Shown: positions 39,803 through 52,455 of the stretch, one piece after another
Layout of the letters: each line of letters begins with the position of its first letter
Numbering within the stretch: position 1 is the first letter of the stretch
DNA from: Bythopirellula sp.
GTDB taxonomy: Bacteria; Planctomycetota; Planctomycetia; Pirellulales; Lacipirellulaceae
Direction of reading: 5' to 3'
DNA: 64,000 nucleotides
Assembly: GCA_965216565.1 (NCBI GenBank)
Contig: OZ244170.1
Coordinates: forward strand, 2,688,001-2,752,000
Program-made: the position numbers and the translations under genes
The notes under the pieces: model-generated
Seen by the model: only the letters and a program-made list of their open reading frames with translations
Databases searched by the model: none
Told to the model about the DNA's origin: nothing

Positions 39803-39887
39803 GTCGAAAATGGGGACAGGCACGACGACGCCAAGAGTGTAGGTGTTCAAACTCTTGTGATGCGTCGAGCCGGTCCCCATTTTCGAC
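39803..39887. repeat. REP-like long hairpin (AAAATGGGGACAGG family)
   Basis: GTCGAAAATGGGGACAGGCACGACG...CAAGAGT...ACTCTTG...CGTCGAGCCGGTCCCCATTTTCGAC. Confidence 0.8.
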
Positions 39888-39994
39888 GGACCATTGGCAG
39901 AACCGCGGAGTTCGATATAGCGATTATAATGGCACCACAGAGGACACCGAGGACACGGAGAGCGGTTGAGAGCGTCGCTCAATACCTCTAGTAT

Positions 39995-40480
39995 CTACTC
40001 ATCATCCGACACAAAAGTCGCCTGTTGGACGCTGGGGGAGGTGGAGTCGCCGTAGAGCATGTCCTGGTTGGGCGTGAGTTGTTGGTCGATTTCGTTCGGT
40101 GTGAATCGCCACATCGCGCCGGTGGCCGAATCGGCTGCCAAGCCCACGACTCCCCCCAAGACCACGTTGCCAGCCATCCAAGGATTCAGCTTCGGTTGGA
40201 TCGGCACGCGGGCCGTCTCAAAGCCCGGCTTTTGAATGGTGGCCGTGTAGCGGGGAGCCTTCTTGAAGATGCCATTGCCCCGCTTAAGTGAAACCTTGCC
40301 GGGGGTCTTGGTCGTGGCCACCGTTTGACCCTTCTCATTTTGCACGGCAACATGCGCGTGCGAGGGACTGCTGCTAATAGCCACATCGGTTTCGCGACCA
40401 CTGATAATCGTGGCGCACCCGCTGGTGACGCTTACGCTGAGAACTAAACCCAGAGCTACCGCTCGCTGGAACGACTTCAT
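39995..40480 (-). CDS. PEGA-like domain lipoprotein
   Basis: Lipobox TSGCATI, SSSPSHA, TPGKVSLKR, GNVVLGGVVGLAADSATGA. Confidence 0.8.
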   Translation of the reverse strand: MKSFQRAVALGLVLSVSVTSGCATIISGRETDVAISSSPSHAHVAVQNEKGQTVATTKTPGKVSLKRGNGIFKKAPRYTATIQKPGFETARVPIQPKLNPWMAGNVVLGGVVGLAADSATGAMWRFTPNEIDQQLTPNQDMLYGDSTSPSVQQATFVSDDE

Positions 40481-40800
40481 TGCATTGACCCCACACGATG
40501 CATAGACGGAGAAGAGACCCATCAGCATGGTGAAAAACCACACTGAATGGCGGCGAATCTTAGGGAGGGGTGCTGTCTAGTTCTAGGGCAGTTGAAAGAG
40601 TTGCTAGCAGAAGCCGTGTGTTGCGTTGCAACACGGCTCGTTTAGCAGTAGAAAGGGTTACACGTCCTCGGCATAGGGTGGCATGCCCTCGGAGGTCCGC
40701 CGACGTGGGCATGGGGGTCGACGTTGTGATCTATCACAGGCGAACACGGAGAAGGGAGCGTGTGCCGCAGGTGCTAGCTCTGAGGCAGGTCAGGCAAGGA

Positions 40801-42096
40801 CTAAGCACGAGTGGTACGTAGGTGATCTATGATTTCGCCTTGGACAACTTCAATCTCTTCGAGCAATCGCGAACAGGTCACCATCCTGTCATCATCACAG
40901 TGAAGATTGTGCAGAGCCGCTTTTAGAAATGCAGCTCCTCGGAGTGCGCGTTTGAGCTGGACCGAAACCAGTCCGCGATCGTTTTCATCCATTTCGTACC
41001 TTGGAGGTAACGGCAACACTTGCGACAGGCCACCACAGAGTTGGCAAGCCGACTCAAGTATAGTACCGACTCCCGAACTGTGAGTTGTTTCGGTGAGCTT
41101 TGCCACTTCCAAGAATAGTTGGGTTGATCTTTCTAGCAGCGGATCGCGTTTTCCAAATAACGAGTTGGAATCTTGTTCGGAGTCGAAGCTACCTGCCCAA
41201 AGCTCGTCTGAGGGTACATCGTCATCGTCCCTGTCTAATGGACTATCCAGTTCTGACGGAATATCCCGCTGTGATTTGAGATAGTCTATATCGTCAGCCG
41301 GAGAAACCTCGATTCGTTCGTCAGCGATCTCTGCCAGCGCAGACTCTAAGGCTTCCTTGGGCGTGTGTCCGGCGAGCAGTTGCGATTCGATGTGTCGTTG
41401 CATGCGGATTGAGCGTACCATGCCATCGCGGTAAAGTTTATCCCACTGGGCTTCAATCTCAGTCCAGTCTGCCTGGAATTCGTCTGGGGCATCTGCACTT
41501 GTGGCAAGTTGTTTGTCGGATTGACGGAACACTTGATGAACCTTTTGTACAACCCGAGTTACGCGTTTTACAATAATCTCTGTGTCCTCACACGCTTCAT
41601 GGCTGAGCGGATGCTTCTCAAGTCCATCCGACACCGCTTTGATGATATTTGCACTTCGCTGCATCGAAGCGGCAAGGCGTGTTGGGTCGCGATGCGTCCA
41701 GTAATCAGATTCGTCGTTAACCTCGAGATTGGGAATGAACTGCCTCTTAATCTCTAACAGTGTTTCTACAAGAGCTGCATGCCCTTCCACCGAACCGAAT
41801 TGCGTTTTGACAAAGCACCAGGGCAATTTGCCTAGCGGACGCTCTTCAACCCCTTCAATATCAGTAGGCATGATGAGAATGCTCTCGGGGGAGAACAGCA
41901 GGCTGAATGTCTCTTGTCCTGGAGCCAAATTTACGAGCACACCGCGGACCGCTCGCTGTGGACTACGATCTGCGGCGGATCGCCATAATTGAACTTGCCC
42001 GCCGAAAGCTAACGCAAGGTCGATCACATAGTCTTCGAGCGATTCGATCGCTGCTATGTCGTCAACCTTCCCTCGATAGTGAACGGTGATGCCCAT
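40801..42096 (-). CDS. Hypothetical protein (MGITVHYRG N-terminus)
   Basis: 431-aa ORF with motifs FVKTQF and EVNDESDYW. Confidence 0.75.
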   Translation of the reverse strand: MGITVHYRGKVDDIAAIESLEDYVIDLALAFGGQVQLWRSAADRSPQRAVRGVLVNLAPGQETFSLLFSPESILIMPTDIEGVEERPLGKLPWCFVKTQFGSVEGHAALVETLLEIKRQFIPNLEVNDESDYWTHRDPTRLAASMQRSANIIKAVSDGLEKHPLSHEACEDTEIIVKRVTRVVQKVHQVFRQSDKQLATSADAPDEFQADWTEIEAQWDKLYRDGMVRSIRMQRHIESQLLAGHTPKEALESALAEIADERIEVSPADDIDYLKSQRDIPSELDSPLDRDDDDVPSDELWAGSFDSEQDSNSLFGKRDPLLERSTQLFLEVAKLTETTHSSGVGTILESACQLCGGLSQVLPLPPRYEMDENDRGLVSVQLKRALRGAAFLKAALHNLHCDDDRMVTCSRLLEEIEVVQGEIIDHLRTTRA

Positions 42097-42145
42097 AGAT
42101 TGGTTTTAGCACGAACTACTCACAGGGCGTAGGCGTTGCCAAAGC

Positions 42146-42180
42146 AAAAAAACCCCGTCTTGAATCTCTCCAAGACGGGG
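42146..42180 (-). terminator. Rho-independent terminator of the 23S-5S unit
   Basis: Minus strand CCCCGTCTTG-loop-CAAGACGGGG followed by a T7 tract. Confidence 0.88.
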
Positions 42181-42187
42181 CTATAAA

Positions 42188-42297
42188 ACCTGGCGATACC
42201 TACTTTCGCGAGTGCTCTCACTATCATCGGCCCGGAGTGCTTAACTACTGTGTTCGGAATGGGGACAGGTGTTTCCACTACGGTATGGTCGCCAGAA
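42188..42297 (-). rRNA. rrf: 5S ribosomal RNA
   Basis: Reverse complement has CTGGCGACCATACCG...CCCATTCCGAACAC...AGTAGGTATCGCCAGG. Confidence 0.95.
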
Positions 42298-42495
42298 GAA
42301 GTGCGGAGCGCCGGTAGACGCCACCGCACTTAACGATCTGGTGTATGCAAGAAGTTTGAAATTTCAAGTTTGAGTGATGAAGTGAAAATACTTCACAGAT
42401 CAAACTTCAAAGATCAGCGATTCTTTGTCCTTGGATTGGGATCCAAAAAGCGTGATCACTTATCGGTTGTCTCTCTGGAAAAGAGAGCCTTCGAT

Positions 42496-45433
<2,938 letters not shown>

Positions 45434-45716
45434 ATCCAAGGCTCTCAAAAACAACTGTCAGCGGTTAGCTTTCAGCGATCAGCTCACCAAGGCTCGTGAA
45501 AACCTCAGCTCGCAAAAGAGAACCATCAATAAATGGTGTTATGAATCCAGTACGGTAATGATAACCGCCTGGAAAGTAACGCTTGTTAGATCCTTGTAAT
45601 CTAAGGACAAAGAAAACTACTTACGCGACTACCACTAAGATTTGTGATTTGATGACCCTCTGCAAAAAAGGTCATCCAGTCGCGCAAGATTTTTTTGTCA
45701 CTTCTTGCTTGCTACA

Positions 45717-45733
45717 CCAAATTGTCAAAGATC
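45717..45733 (-). promoter_or_regulatory. boxA-like antitermination site in the 23S leader
   Basis: Minus strand GATCTTTGACAA resembles rrn boxA (TGCTCTTTAACA). Confidence 0.6.
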
Positions 45734-45816
45734 GGGCGATTCGTCCGCTGGGCAGATGCCCAAGTCAGAATCACGACCGCCAGGGGCCGCCCCCACCAGT
45801 TGGTGGGAAGCTCTAA

Positions 45817-45844
45817 ATCATACCGACATTCCGAAACCTGTCAA
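45817..45844 (-). promoter_or_regulatory. Sigma70 promoter of the stand-alone 23S-5S unit
   Basis: TTGACA-N16-TATGAT on the minus strand. Confidence 0.8.
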
Positions 45845-45999
45845 AGGGGGCTGGAACCTTTTCGGTAAGATTTTCGGCACGCGATGAGATCCGCCCGCGC
45901 AGGCCTTCTCTTGCTATCGCCTAGGCTGCAATCATCGGCGGACGGGTGCCGTGCACATCAGATTATTTCTAAGAGGGACAGGTTCTGACGGCAGACAAT

Positions 46000-46053
46000 T
46001 AGCCGACCTCCACGAGGTCCGCTGGACTCCGGAGGCAGGTGTGGCTCCGGCTA
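46000..46053. repeat. REP-like family B, copy 3 (degenerate)
   Basis: TAGCCGACCTCCACGAGGTCCG...CCGGAGGCAGGTGTGGCTCCGGCTA. Confidence 0.8.
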
Positions 46054-46114
46054 GGGTGTGAACCTCTAATTCCATCAATAGCCCTCTAATTCCATCAACA
46101 GCATAGAGCGGACG

Positions 46115-46513
46115 CTACGATTCCCGCTGGAAATAGCGGCGGGCGTGGACGCAGAACCAGCCGTTCGCCGCGGCGGTGAGGGCGATGAGGAGGAAATCGG
46201 TCCATAATATCCAGGGCTGCCGCAGGGGAACAATGATTCCCCAAAGCTGATGAACGCCGTTCATGAACTGCCCGCCAAGGCCTGTCCACATGCTGGCGGC
46301 AACGATTAGTGCTCCCAAGCAAAATGCTCGCTGGTCGCCCTGGGCAAACATTAAGCCCGCCGCCAAAAAGGCGAGCAAAGCGTAAGAAAGAAGTCCAACC
46401 AGCGCCAAACTCACAGCGGAGGGAACTAGCGAAACCGCCACGCACCAAACTGCGAACACAGTGGTCGCAATCAGCAGAGTACGCATGCTGAATCGGAACG
46501 GAACTAGCGGCAT
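46115..46513 (-). CDS. Small hypothetical membrane protein
   Basis: FRFSMRTLLIATT N-terminal motif, about 4 TM segments. Confidence 0.7.
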   Translation of the reverse strand: MPLVPFRFSMRTLLIATTVFAVWCVAVSLVPSAVSLALVGLLSYALLAFLAAGLMFAQGDQRAFCLGALIVAASMWTGLGGQFMNGVHQLWGIIVPLRQPWILWTDFLLIALTAAANGWFCVHARRYFQRES

Positions 46514-46610
46514 GCGGCTACCTAGACTTGAGCGAATTGCGATTGAAACTTATCTGCGGGTTCTAGCATAGCAGCCTCGCAGCTTCGACCCAATCGCTCC
46601 CTCGACAAGC

Positions 46611-48095
46611 CTAAACGCCGGCCAGTGCCTCGTCGGCTGCACATTGGGCTTTGGCCCGCTTCATCATGTCGTCGGCCTCGTCGGTGGGTTTCACTTCGCA
46701 AGTGCCGATGCTCACTTCGATTTGCAATTGCTTGCCACCCATGGGGATCACGCACTTGGAAATCGCGGTTTGAATCCGTGTGGCCACCATTTGAGCTTCG
46801 CGGTCGGTACTGCCGGGAAGCATGACGCCGAATTCGCCTGGCTCGAGCTTGGCCAGCAGATCCATGTCTCTGAGCGAAGTGCGAATGAACTGGGCTACCG
46901 AGTCCAGCAGCAGCTTGCCAACGGCACTGCCATACTCCTTTTCTAGGCCAGCATAGTTCCCCATACGAATGTACATCGACGAGAGCGAGACGCCAAAACG
47001 GTGGCTCTCGGCCACTCGGCGTTGCAACTCTTCAGTGAACGCTTCTTCGTCTGGCAAGGCACCGGCTGATTCGTCTTGAGCGGCCTCTTCTTCTGAGGGC
47101 TGTTTATTTTCGACAGGCTCGTCCGCAGGACTTGCATCAGAATCCATGGGCAGGAGGCTCTCACCGTCACTCCAGTGGCCACAGTTACGGCCTTCTTCTT
47201 TCGACTTATAAACCCCGTCGTCTGCGCGACGGATCAATTTAGCCGAGTCTTCGCCGGGAAACGCTTCCGCCAAACCCACGCTGATCGTGACCTGTAGGGT
47301 CTTGTCTTCGAATTCCACACTCATTGCCTCAATGGCCTTACGGACACGCTCAGACGCGATGCGGCCATTGTCTACGTTTGTGCTGGGCATAATCAGTGCG
47401 AACTCTTCGCCACCGTATCGGCAGGGAATATCGCTCACCTTCACGACTTGTGACAGCGTTTTCGCGACAGACCGCAGCACTTCGTCACCAGCCTGATGGC
47501 CGTGGGTATCGTTAAATTGCTTGAAATGATCGACATCGAAGATCAACAAGCTAAACGGACGTCCATCGCGTTTGACCAGCTCCAAATTCTGCAGCATGGT
47601 GTCGTCGAAAGCTCGACGATTGGCCAAGCCTGTCAGGGCATCGGTGCGGGCCTCGCTCTGCTGGGTTCTGATCTCCTCCGCTTGTACCTGGATCTTCTTC
47701 TCCGCGTCGGCAAGGCGGGTTTGCAGCTTTTCGTTGGCAGCCAGAATCTTGGCAACCGCTTCCGACACAGCCGCATTGGCTTCGGGCGATTGCAGGTCGA
47801 CGTCACCCAATTCGGCGGTGACATCGGTCATGACATTGCTGTGTGCCCCAACGTCGGTTGCGACATTGGCAGCCAAGTCTCGCAACTGCTGAGCCGCCAT
47901 GCTGGCTCGCTCCGCATCGTTGGCTGCTTCGCCAGTCGGGGTGTCCACAGGAATGTCCGCGCCTTCGCTGCTAGTGTTGGAGTCCGTCATCCGGACGTAC
48001 CAAACCGCTGAGAAGAAGCCCACAAACAGCGCGATCAGCGCCATTCCTGCATCGATCAACACGTTGTCCAGCGCTACGCCGAATAGAAGCGGCAT
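46611..48095 (-). CDS. Membrane-anchored diguanylate cyclase with a second degenerate GGDEF domain
   Basis: TM, coiled coil, DALTGLANRR, DVDHFK, RYGGEEF; second domain carries LEPGEF. Confidence 0.92.
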   Translation of the reverse strand: MPLLFGVALDNVLIDAGMALIALFVGFFSAVWYVRMTDSNTSSEGADIPVDTPTGEAANDAERASMAAQQLRDLAANVATDVGAHSNVMTDVTAELGDVDLQSPEANAAVSEAVAKILAANEKLQTRLADAEKKIQVQAEEIRTQQSEARTDALTGLANRRAFDDTMLQNLELVKRDGRPFSLLIFDVDHFKQFNDTHGHQAGDEVLRSVAKTLSQVVKVSDIPCRYGGEEFALIMPSTNVDNGRIASERVRKAIEAMSVEFEDKTLQVTISVGLAEAFPGEDSAKLIRRADDGVYKSKEEGRNCGHWSDGESLLPMDSDASPADEPVENKQPSEEEAAQDESAGALPDEEAFTEELQRRVAESHRFGVSLSSMYIRMGNYAGLEKEYGSAVGKLLLDSVAQFIRTSLRDMDLLAKLEPGEFGVMLPGSTDREAQMVATRIQTAISKCVIPMGGKQLQIEVSIGTCEVKPTDEADDMMKRAKAQCAADEALAGV

Positions 48096-48489
48096 TTGTC
48101 TTATCCCTTGAAAAAAGTTTTGCCAGCGCGAAAGTCTAGACCTTCGGTGGCTGAATGAATCCAGTGTTTTGTTGTGTTTCCTCTGCCAAACAATAGGTTT
48201 CCCCAAATCCAAGTCAAAAGAATTGGAGGGCCAATTGAATAATTCGTTGAGTAATAATCCGCATACTCGTTTAGAGGTTACCCACATGCCGACTGTGGGA
48301 AGTGGAACGAGCTGTTGTGACGGTTGGATCGAATCTGCAGACGTGCACTGAACTGGAAAATTCAAACAGCTAGTGCAGATACCCTAAGCCTGAGCCGAGT
48401 AATCGTCACAAGCGGAACGCAGAACCCGAACCTAGGGTTTTGCAAATCAGAACACCAAGCCACAGAAGAGGTCATTACCGCAGAAACCA

Positions 48490-49800
48490 CTATTCGTGGC
48501 GGAGGGCTTCGATGGGGTCGAGCTTAGCGGCGCGGAGGGCTGGGTAGACTCCAAACAGGACGCCCACGACCAAAGATATGCCGAATGCCAGCGGAATTGA
48601 CCAATTCACAAGCTGCGGCTCGATCGTGCGGATCAGTTCGGGGAGCGTGTCCATCTGCTCGGGAAACCATTCGACTAATTTCTCTCTCGCAAAGATCGAA
48701 AGCGGGCGGCAAAACAGGCCCCCCAGTACGCCGAGTGTACCCCCCGCGAGAGACAGCACAGTACTTTCCACGAGAAACTGAGTGGTAATGTCGCGCCGTT
48801 TGGCACCCAAAGCTCGGCGAATGCCGATCTCGTGTGTCCGCTCCGTCACGGTGGCCAGCATGATATTCATGATCCCAATGCCGCCCACCACCAGCGAAAT
48901 CGCAGCAATCATCCCAAGAAACAGGATAAACATCAGCCGCGTCGTCTCTGCTTGCTGCAACAGTTCTAAAGGGACCGTCACCGCAAAATCTTCCATCGCG
49001 TGTTCGTACTCAATCGTCTGATGCACGATGTCGGCGGTTTGTAAGACCTTGTCGCGGTTTTCGACCTCGATCGTAATCTGGCTCAGTTCAAAGAGATCAC
49101 GCTGAAATTGCCCCGGCTTGGTCACCACTTCCATATCGCCCAGGCGGCGCCAGAGGGTGGTGATGGGGATATAGACGTCTTTGGAAAAGTCCTCCGCGGC
49201 CAGCGAACCGCCGATACCGGCCGAGGGGGCACGAGATTTCATCACGCCTACCACCTCGTAGAAAGTATCGTCCACCATGATTTCTTGATCGACTGCATTG
49301 CCAGTTGGGAAAAGCCTATCAGCCGTTTCGGCGGCCAAGACGCAGTAATTGCCTTCGCGCTGCACATCGCCATCGGTGAGAAAGCGGCCTCGATCCAGCT
49401 TCAATCTGGTAACCGCGGCATACTCGGGCACTGTTCCTACGAGTCGCCCCTCAAAACTTCGCGTCCGGTAGCGAAACTCCTGGCCGTAGACGCGGATGGG
49501 AATTGCCTTGGAAATGGTCGGCACGGTGGCAAGCAAGCGCAGATAATCTTTCCGCGTGAGCCCGTAGCCGCCGTCGCCTGCCTCTTCGGCCGAAGGCTTG
49601 ATCGTGCGGACGATAATATTCTTATCGCCCAGACTGGAGATCTGCTCCTGAGCAGCGCGGCCAATGCCCTCGCCCATTGCCAGCAGCCAGATGACACTCG
49701 CCACGCCGATAAAGATTCCCAGCACCGTCAGGGCCGAGCGCAGCGGATGCAGGAGCAAGCTCTTGATGCTCAGACGGATGGTGCGGAGCCAGTTTGCCAC
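48490..49800 (-). CDS. MacB/FtsX-family ABC permease
   Basis: RSALTVLGIFIGVASV, GGIGIMNIMLATVTERTHEIGIRRALGA, DPIEALRHE. Confidence 0.95.
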   Translation of the reverse strand: MANWLRTIRLSIKSLLLHPLRSALTVLGIFIGVASVIWLLAMGEGIGRAAQEQISSLGDKNIIVRTIKPSAEEAGDGGYGLTRKDYLRLLATVPTISKAIPIRVYGQEFRYRTRSFEGRLVGTVPEYAAVTRLKLDRGRFLTDGDVQREGNYCVLAAETADRLFPTGNAVDQEIMVDDTFYEVVGVMKSRAPSAGIGGSLAAEDFSKDVYIPITTLWRRLGDMEVVTKPGQFQRDLFELSQITIEVENRDKVLQTADIVHQTIEYEHAMEDFAVTVPLELLQQAETTRLMFILFLGMIAAISLVVGGIGIMNIMLATVTERTHEIGIRRALGAKRRDITTQFLVESTVLSLAGGTLGVLGGLFCRPLSIFAREKLVEWFPEQMDTLPELIRTIEPQLVNWSIPLAFGISLVVGVLFGVYPALRAAKLDPIEALRHE

Positions 49801-50486
49801 TCGCGTATCCTCTCGTCAGAAAGCAATTGGCCATCGCGAAGCACAATGTTGCGTCGCGTATGCTCGGCCACCTCGGGTTCGTGGGTCACAATAATGATGG
49901 TTCGCCCCTCATCGTTGAGCTTGGCCAGCAATTCCAGGATCTCCTCGGTGGTGCTGGTATCGAGGTTTCCTGTCGGCTCGTCGGCAAGGATAAAGCGAGG
50001 GTCGTTCACCAAACTACGGGCAATGGCAACACGCTGTTGCTGACCGCCAGAAAGTTGGCTGGGGCGATGCTCCATCCGCGAGCCGAGTCCGACTAGCTCC
50101 GCAAGTTCTTGGCATCGCTCGCGCGACTGCTGCCCCAACCGACCGCTATAGTACAGTGGGACTTCGATATTCTCGACCACCGACAACGCTGGAAGCAGAT
50201 TATACGACTGAAAGACGAAGCCAATGCGCGTGGCGCGGGTTTCAGAGAGCTGATCGTCATTCATCGCCGCAACGTCATCGTCACCCAGCAAGAATGAGCC
50301 CGAAGTAGGGCGGTCTAGGCACCCGAGAAGATTTAGCAACGTACTCTTTCCCGAACCAGATGGCCCCATGATCGATATATAGTCACCCACCGGCACGTCA
50401 AACGTCACGCCCCGTAGGGCATGCACCGTCTCGCTGCTGAGCACATAGTCCTTGGTCAAGTCGCGGATGCTGGCAGCCAATAGCAT
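49770..50486 (-). CDS. MacB/LolD-type ABC ATP-binding protein
   Basis: GPSGSGKST, LSGGQQQR, ADEPTGNLD, VTHE. Confidence 0.95.
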   Translation of the reverse strand: MLLAASIRDLTKDYVLSSETVHALRGVTFDVPVGDYISIMGPSGSGKSTLLNLLGCLDRPTSGSFLLGDDDVAAMNDDQLSETRATRIGFVFQSYNLLPALSVVENIEVPLYYSGRLGQQSRERCQELAELVGLGSRMEHRPSQLSGGQQQRVAIARSLVNDPRFILADEPTGNLDTSTTEEILELLAKLNDEGRTIIIVTHEPEVAEHTRRNIVLRDGQLLSDERIREWQTGSAPSV

Positions 50487-50552
50487 GGTTTGGTGCAAGT
50501 TGTTAGGTCCTGAGTACTATGGGTACGTGCGATTTGCGGATTCAAATACAGG

Positions 50553-50585
50553 CCCGGAGGATCGATACAGTATCGGCCCTCCGGG
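50553..50585. repeat. Short REP-like hairpin
   Basis: CCCGGAGGATCGATAC-A-GTATCGGCCCTCCGGG. Confidence 0.55.
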
Positions 50586-50652
50586 ACTCATGCAAACTCG
50601 ATTCTAGATCCAAGATAATTGCTTGCACCTGCGAGAATAGGTAACGACGTAC

Positions 50653-50755
50653 GGAACTGAGGAGAAATAACTTCTCCTCTGGTCCCTCGCCCCTTCGGGG
50701 AGAGGTTAGGTGAGGGGAATTCTAAGAAGGACGGAAGTTATTTCTCCTCAGTTCC
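50653..50755. repeat. Perfect 22-bp inverted repeat enclosing a REP-like element
   Basis: GGAACTGAGGAGAAATAACTTC (50653-50674) and GAAGTTATTTCTCCTCAGTTCC (50734-50755). Confidence 0.85.
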
Positions 50756-50782
50756 TTTTTCTCCGGTCTTAGCTCGCCGGTC

Positions 50783-52330
50783 CTAGCTTTCCGCAGACTG
50801 CCCGGTGTCGTCCGCATCTTGCTGGGCTTGTTCCAAATCGGTCGAAGGCTGCGGCACAATTTGTTGCTCGTTCTCGGGGCGAAACTCTGGCAGATCAACC
50901 TGGTCGAGATAGCGCCGGGGATTGAGGGCGATTTGCTCGCCTCCCTCCAAGCCACTTTCGATGACGAAAAAGCGATCGTTGGTTGGCCCGCAAACAACTT
51001 GCTTGGCATTCCACTCGCCCCCGTCATAGGCAAGACAATAGAAATGCGGTCCATGGGCATGGACTGCCTGAACGGGAACTTGCACCGCGTCGGGAACTTC
51101 CGCACAGCGAATAATCACCGAAGCAGTGAGTCCAGCGCGAAGCACCGGGGGTGGGTCGGTGATGCTGACAAACGCCTTGTATTCTTTGACGTTGGCTTTC
51201 CGCCAACCGGAGGGCTCGGCAAACTGATTGACCATCTTCACCTTCCCCCGCAGCGTGAGATCCCCCAGTCCAACTGGCTCGATACGCGCGGCCAAACCCT
51301 TTTTGACGAATTGAATCAGCGATTCGTTGATCGTCAGTTCCACTTCCATCTGCGATGGATCGGGCAGCCGAATGATCGCCTGCCGATCGCGGATAACTGC
51401 CCCTTCTTCGACCACGAATTTATTGTCTCTCCAATTATCGTTGTCGTGAGCATACAACACGCTTCCCGCTCGGGGAGCGGTGATCATGCACAACTCAATT
51501 TGCTCTTCGAGATCTTCGAGTTTCTCAAGCTCCAACCCATAACTGTGCTTTTGGGCCTCCCACTTGGCTTTGGCGATGGCGATATCGCTTTCAAGCTGTT
51601 TTAGGGTTTTGGCCTTGGTAAAATCGTCGAGCACTTTCAACTTGGTTTGAGCGGCTTCCAATTCCTTGGCCGTCTTTTCGACAGCGAATTGGTCGGCCTC
51701 CAATTGCAACGCATTGACATAACCCTTTGCTGCCAACTTCTTGCTGTATTCCAAATACTCTTTAGCGCGGTTGAGATTTTCTTCGGCGACAAATACTTCG
51801 CTCTCGATTGTCTGCCGTTCTTGGACGTATGTCCCCTCGAGGTACTCGCGCTTTGCGATCTCAGCCGTCTCGAACAAGTTGCGAGCCTCGATGACCAAAG
51901 CCTCGACTTGCGAAACAATAATCTGCTGTGCAGTTCGCTCTTCCTTGAGGGCAGACGAATCGAGTTCTACGAGGAAGTCGCCCTTCTCGACGCGGGTCCC
52001 TTCCGGAACAATTCGCAAGATCGCCGTCCCGGCTGTGTTCTTGCTCTTGACCTTAGATCGCACTTCATTGAGCCCGCTCGACTTGATCTCGCCGCGTTCG
52101 ACCACGTCGAGCACAAAGTCATCGCGCTCAACCGTATGCAAGATGGCATCGGTGGAGCTATCGTCCTCTAACTGTGAATTCCACCACCAATAGAAACTTC
52201 CCGAGGTGGCTAGCAAGATCAAAGTCAGAACGAGAAGCGAACCTAAACTAGCCAGACCTCGATTCGGAGGACGGGGGCCTAGCTTTTGGTCTGTCGAGTC
52301 GAGCATGGTCAATTCAAACATAGTCGCCAC
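50783..52330 (-). CDS. Efflux periplasmic adaptor subunit (MacA/HlyD-like); start uncertain
   Basis: N-terminal TM, VPEGTRVEKGDFLVELD, long coiled coil, ITAPRAG, GLEGGEQI. Confidence 0.9.
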   Translation of the reverse strand: MATMFELTMLDSTDQKLGPRPPNRGLASLGSLLVLTLILLATSGSFYWWWNSQLEDDSSTDAILHTVERDDFVLDVVERGEIKSSGLNEVRSKVKSKNTAGTAILRIVPEGTRVEKGDFLVELDSSALKEERTAQQIIVSQVEALVIEARNLFETAEIAKREYLEGTYVQERQTIESEVFVAEENLNRAKEYLEYSKKLAAKGYVNALQLEADQFAVEKTAKELEAAQTKLKVLDDFTKAKTLKQLESDIAIAKAKWEAQKHSYGLELEKLEDLEEQIELCMITAPRAGSVLYAHDNDNWRDNKFVVEEGAVIRDRQAIIRLPDPSQMEVELTINESLIQFVKKGLAARIEPVGLGDLTLRGKVKMVNQFAEPSGWRKANVKEYKAFVSITDPPPVLRAGLTASVIIRCAEVPDAVQVPVQAVHAHGPHFYCLAYDGGEWNAKQVVCGPTNDRFFVIESGLEGGEQIALNPRRYLDQVDLPEFRPENEQQIVPQPSTDLEQAQQDADDTGQSAES

Positions 52331-52455
52331 GCCTTACTGCCGCAGGTGGGTGAGATGCATTGCTGTATTATACGGGAGTAACGCCCGGGTGTCATTTCGG
52401 ATTGATTCGCAGAATCTTCAAACGCATGAAACAGGCGACTCGGGTCCCGAACAGG

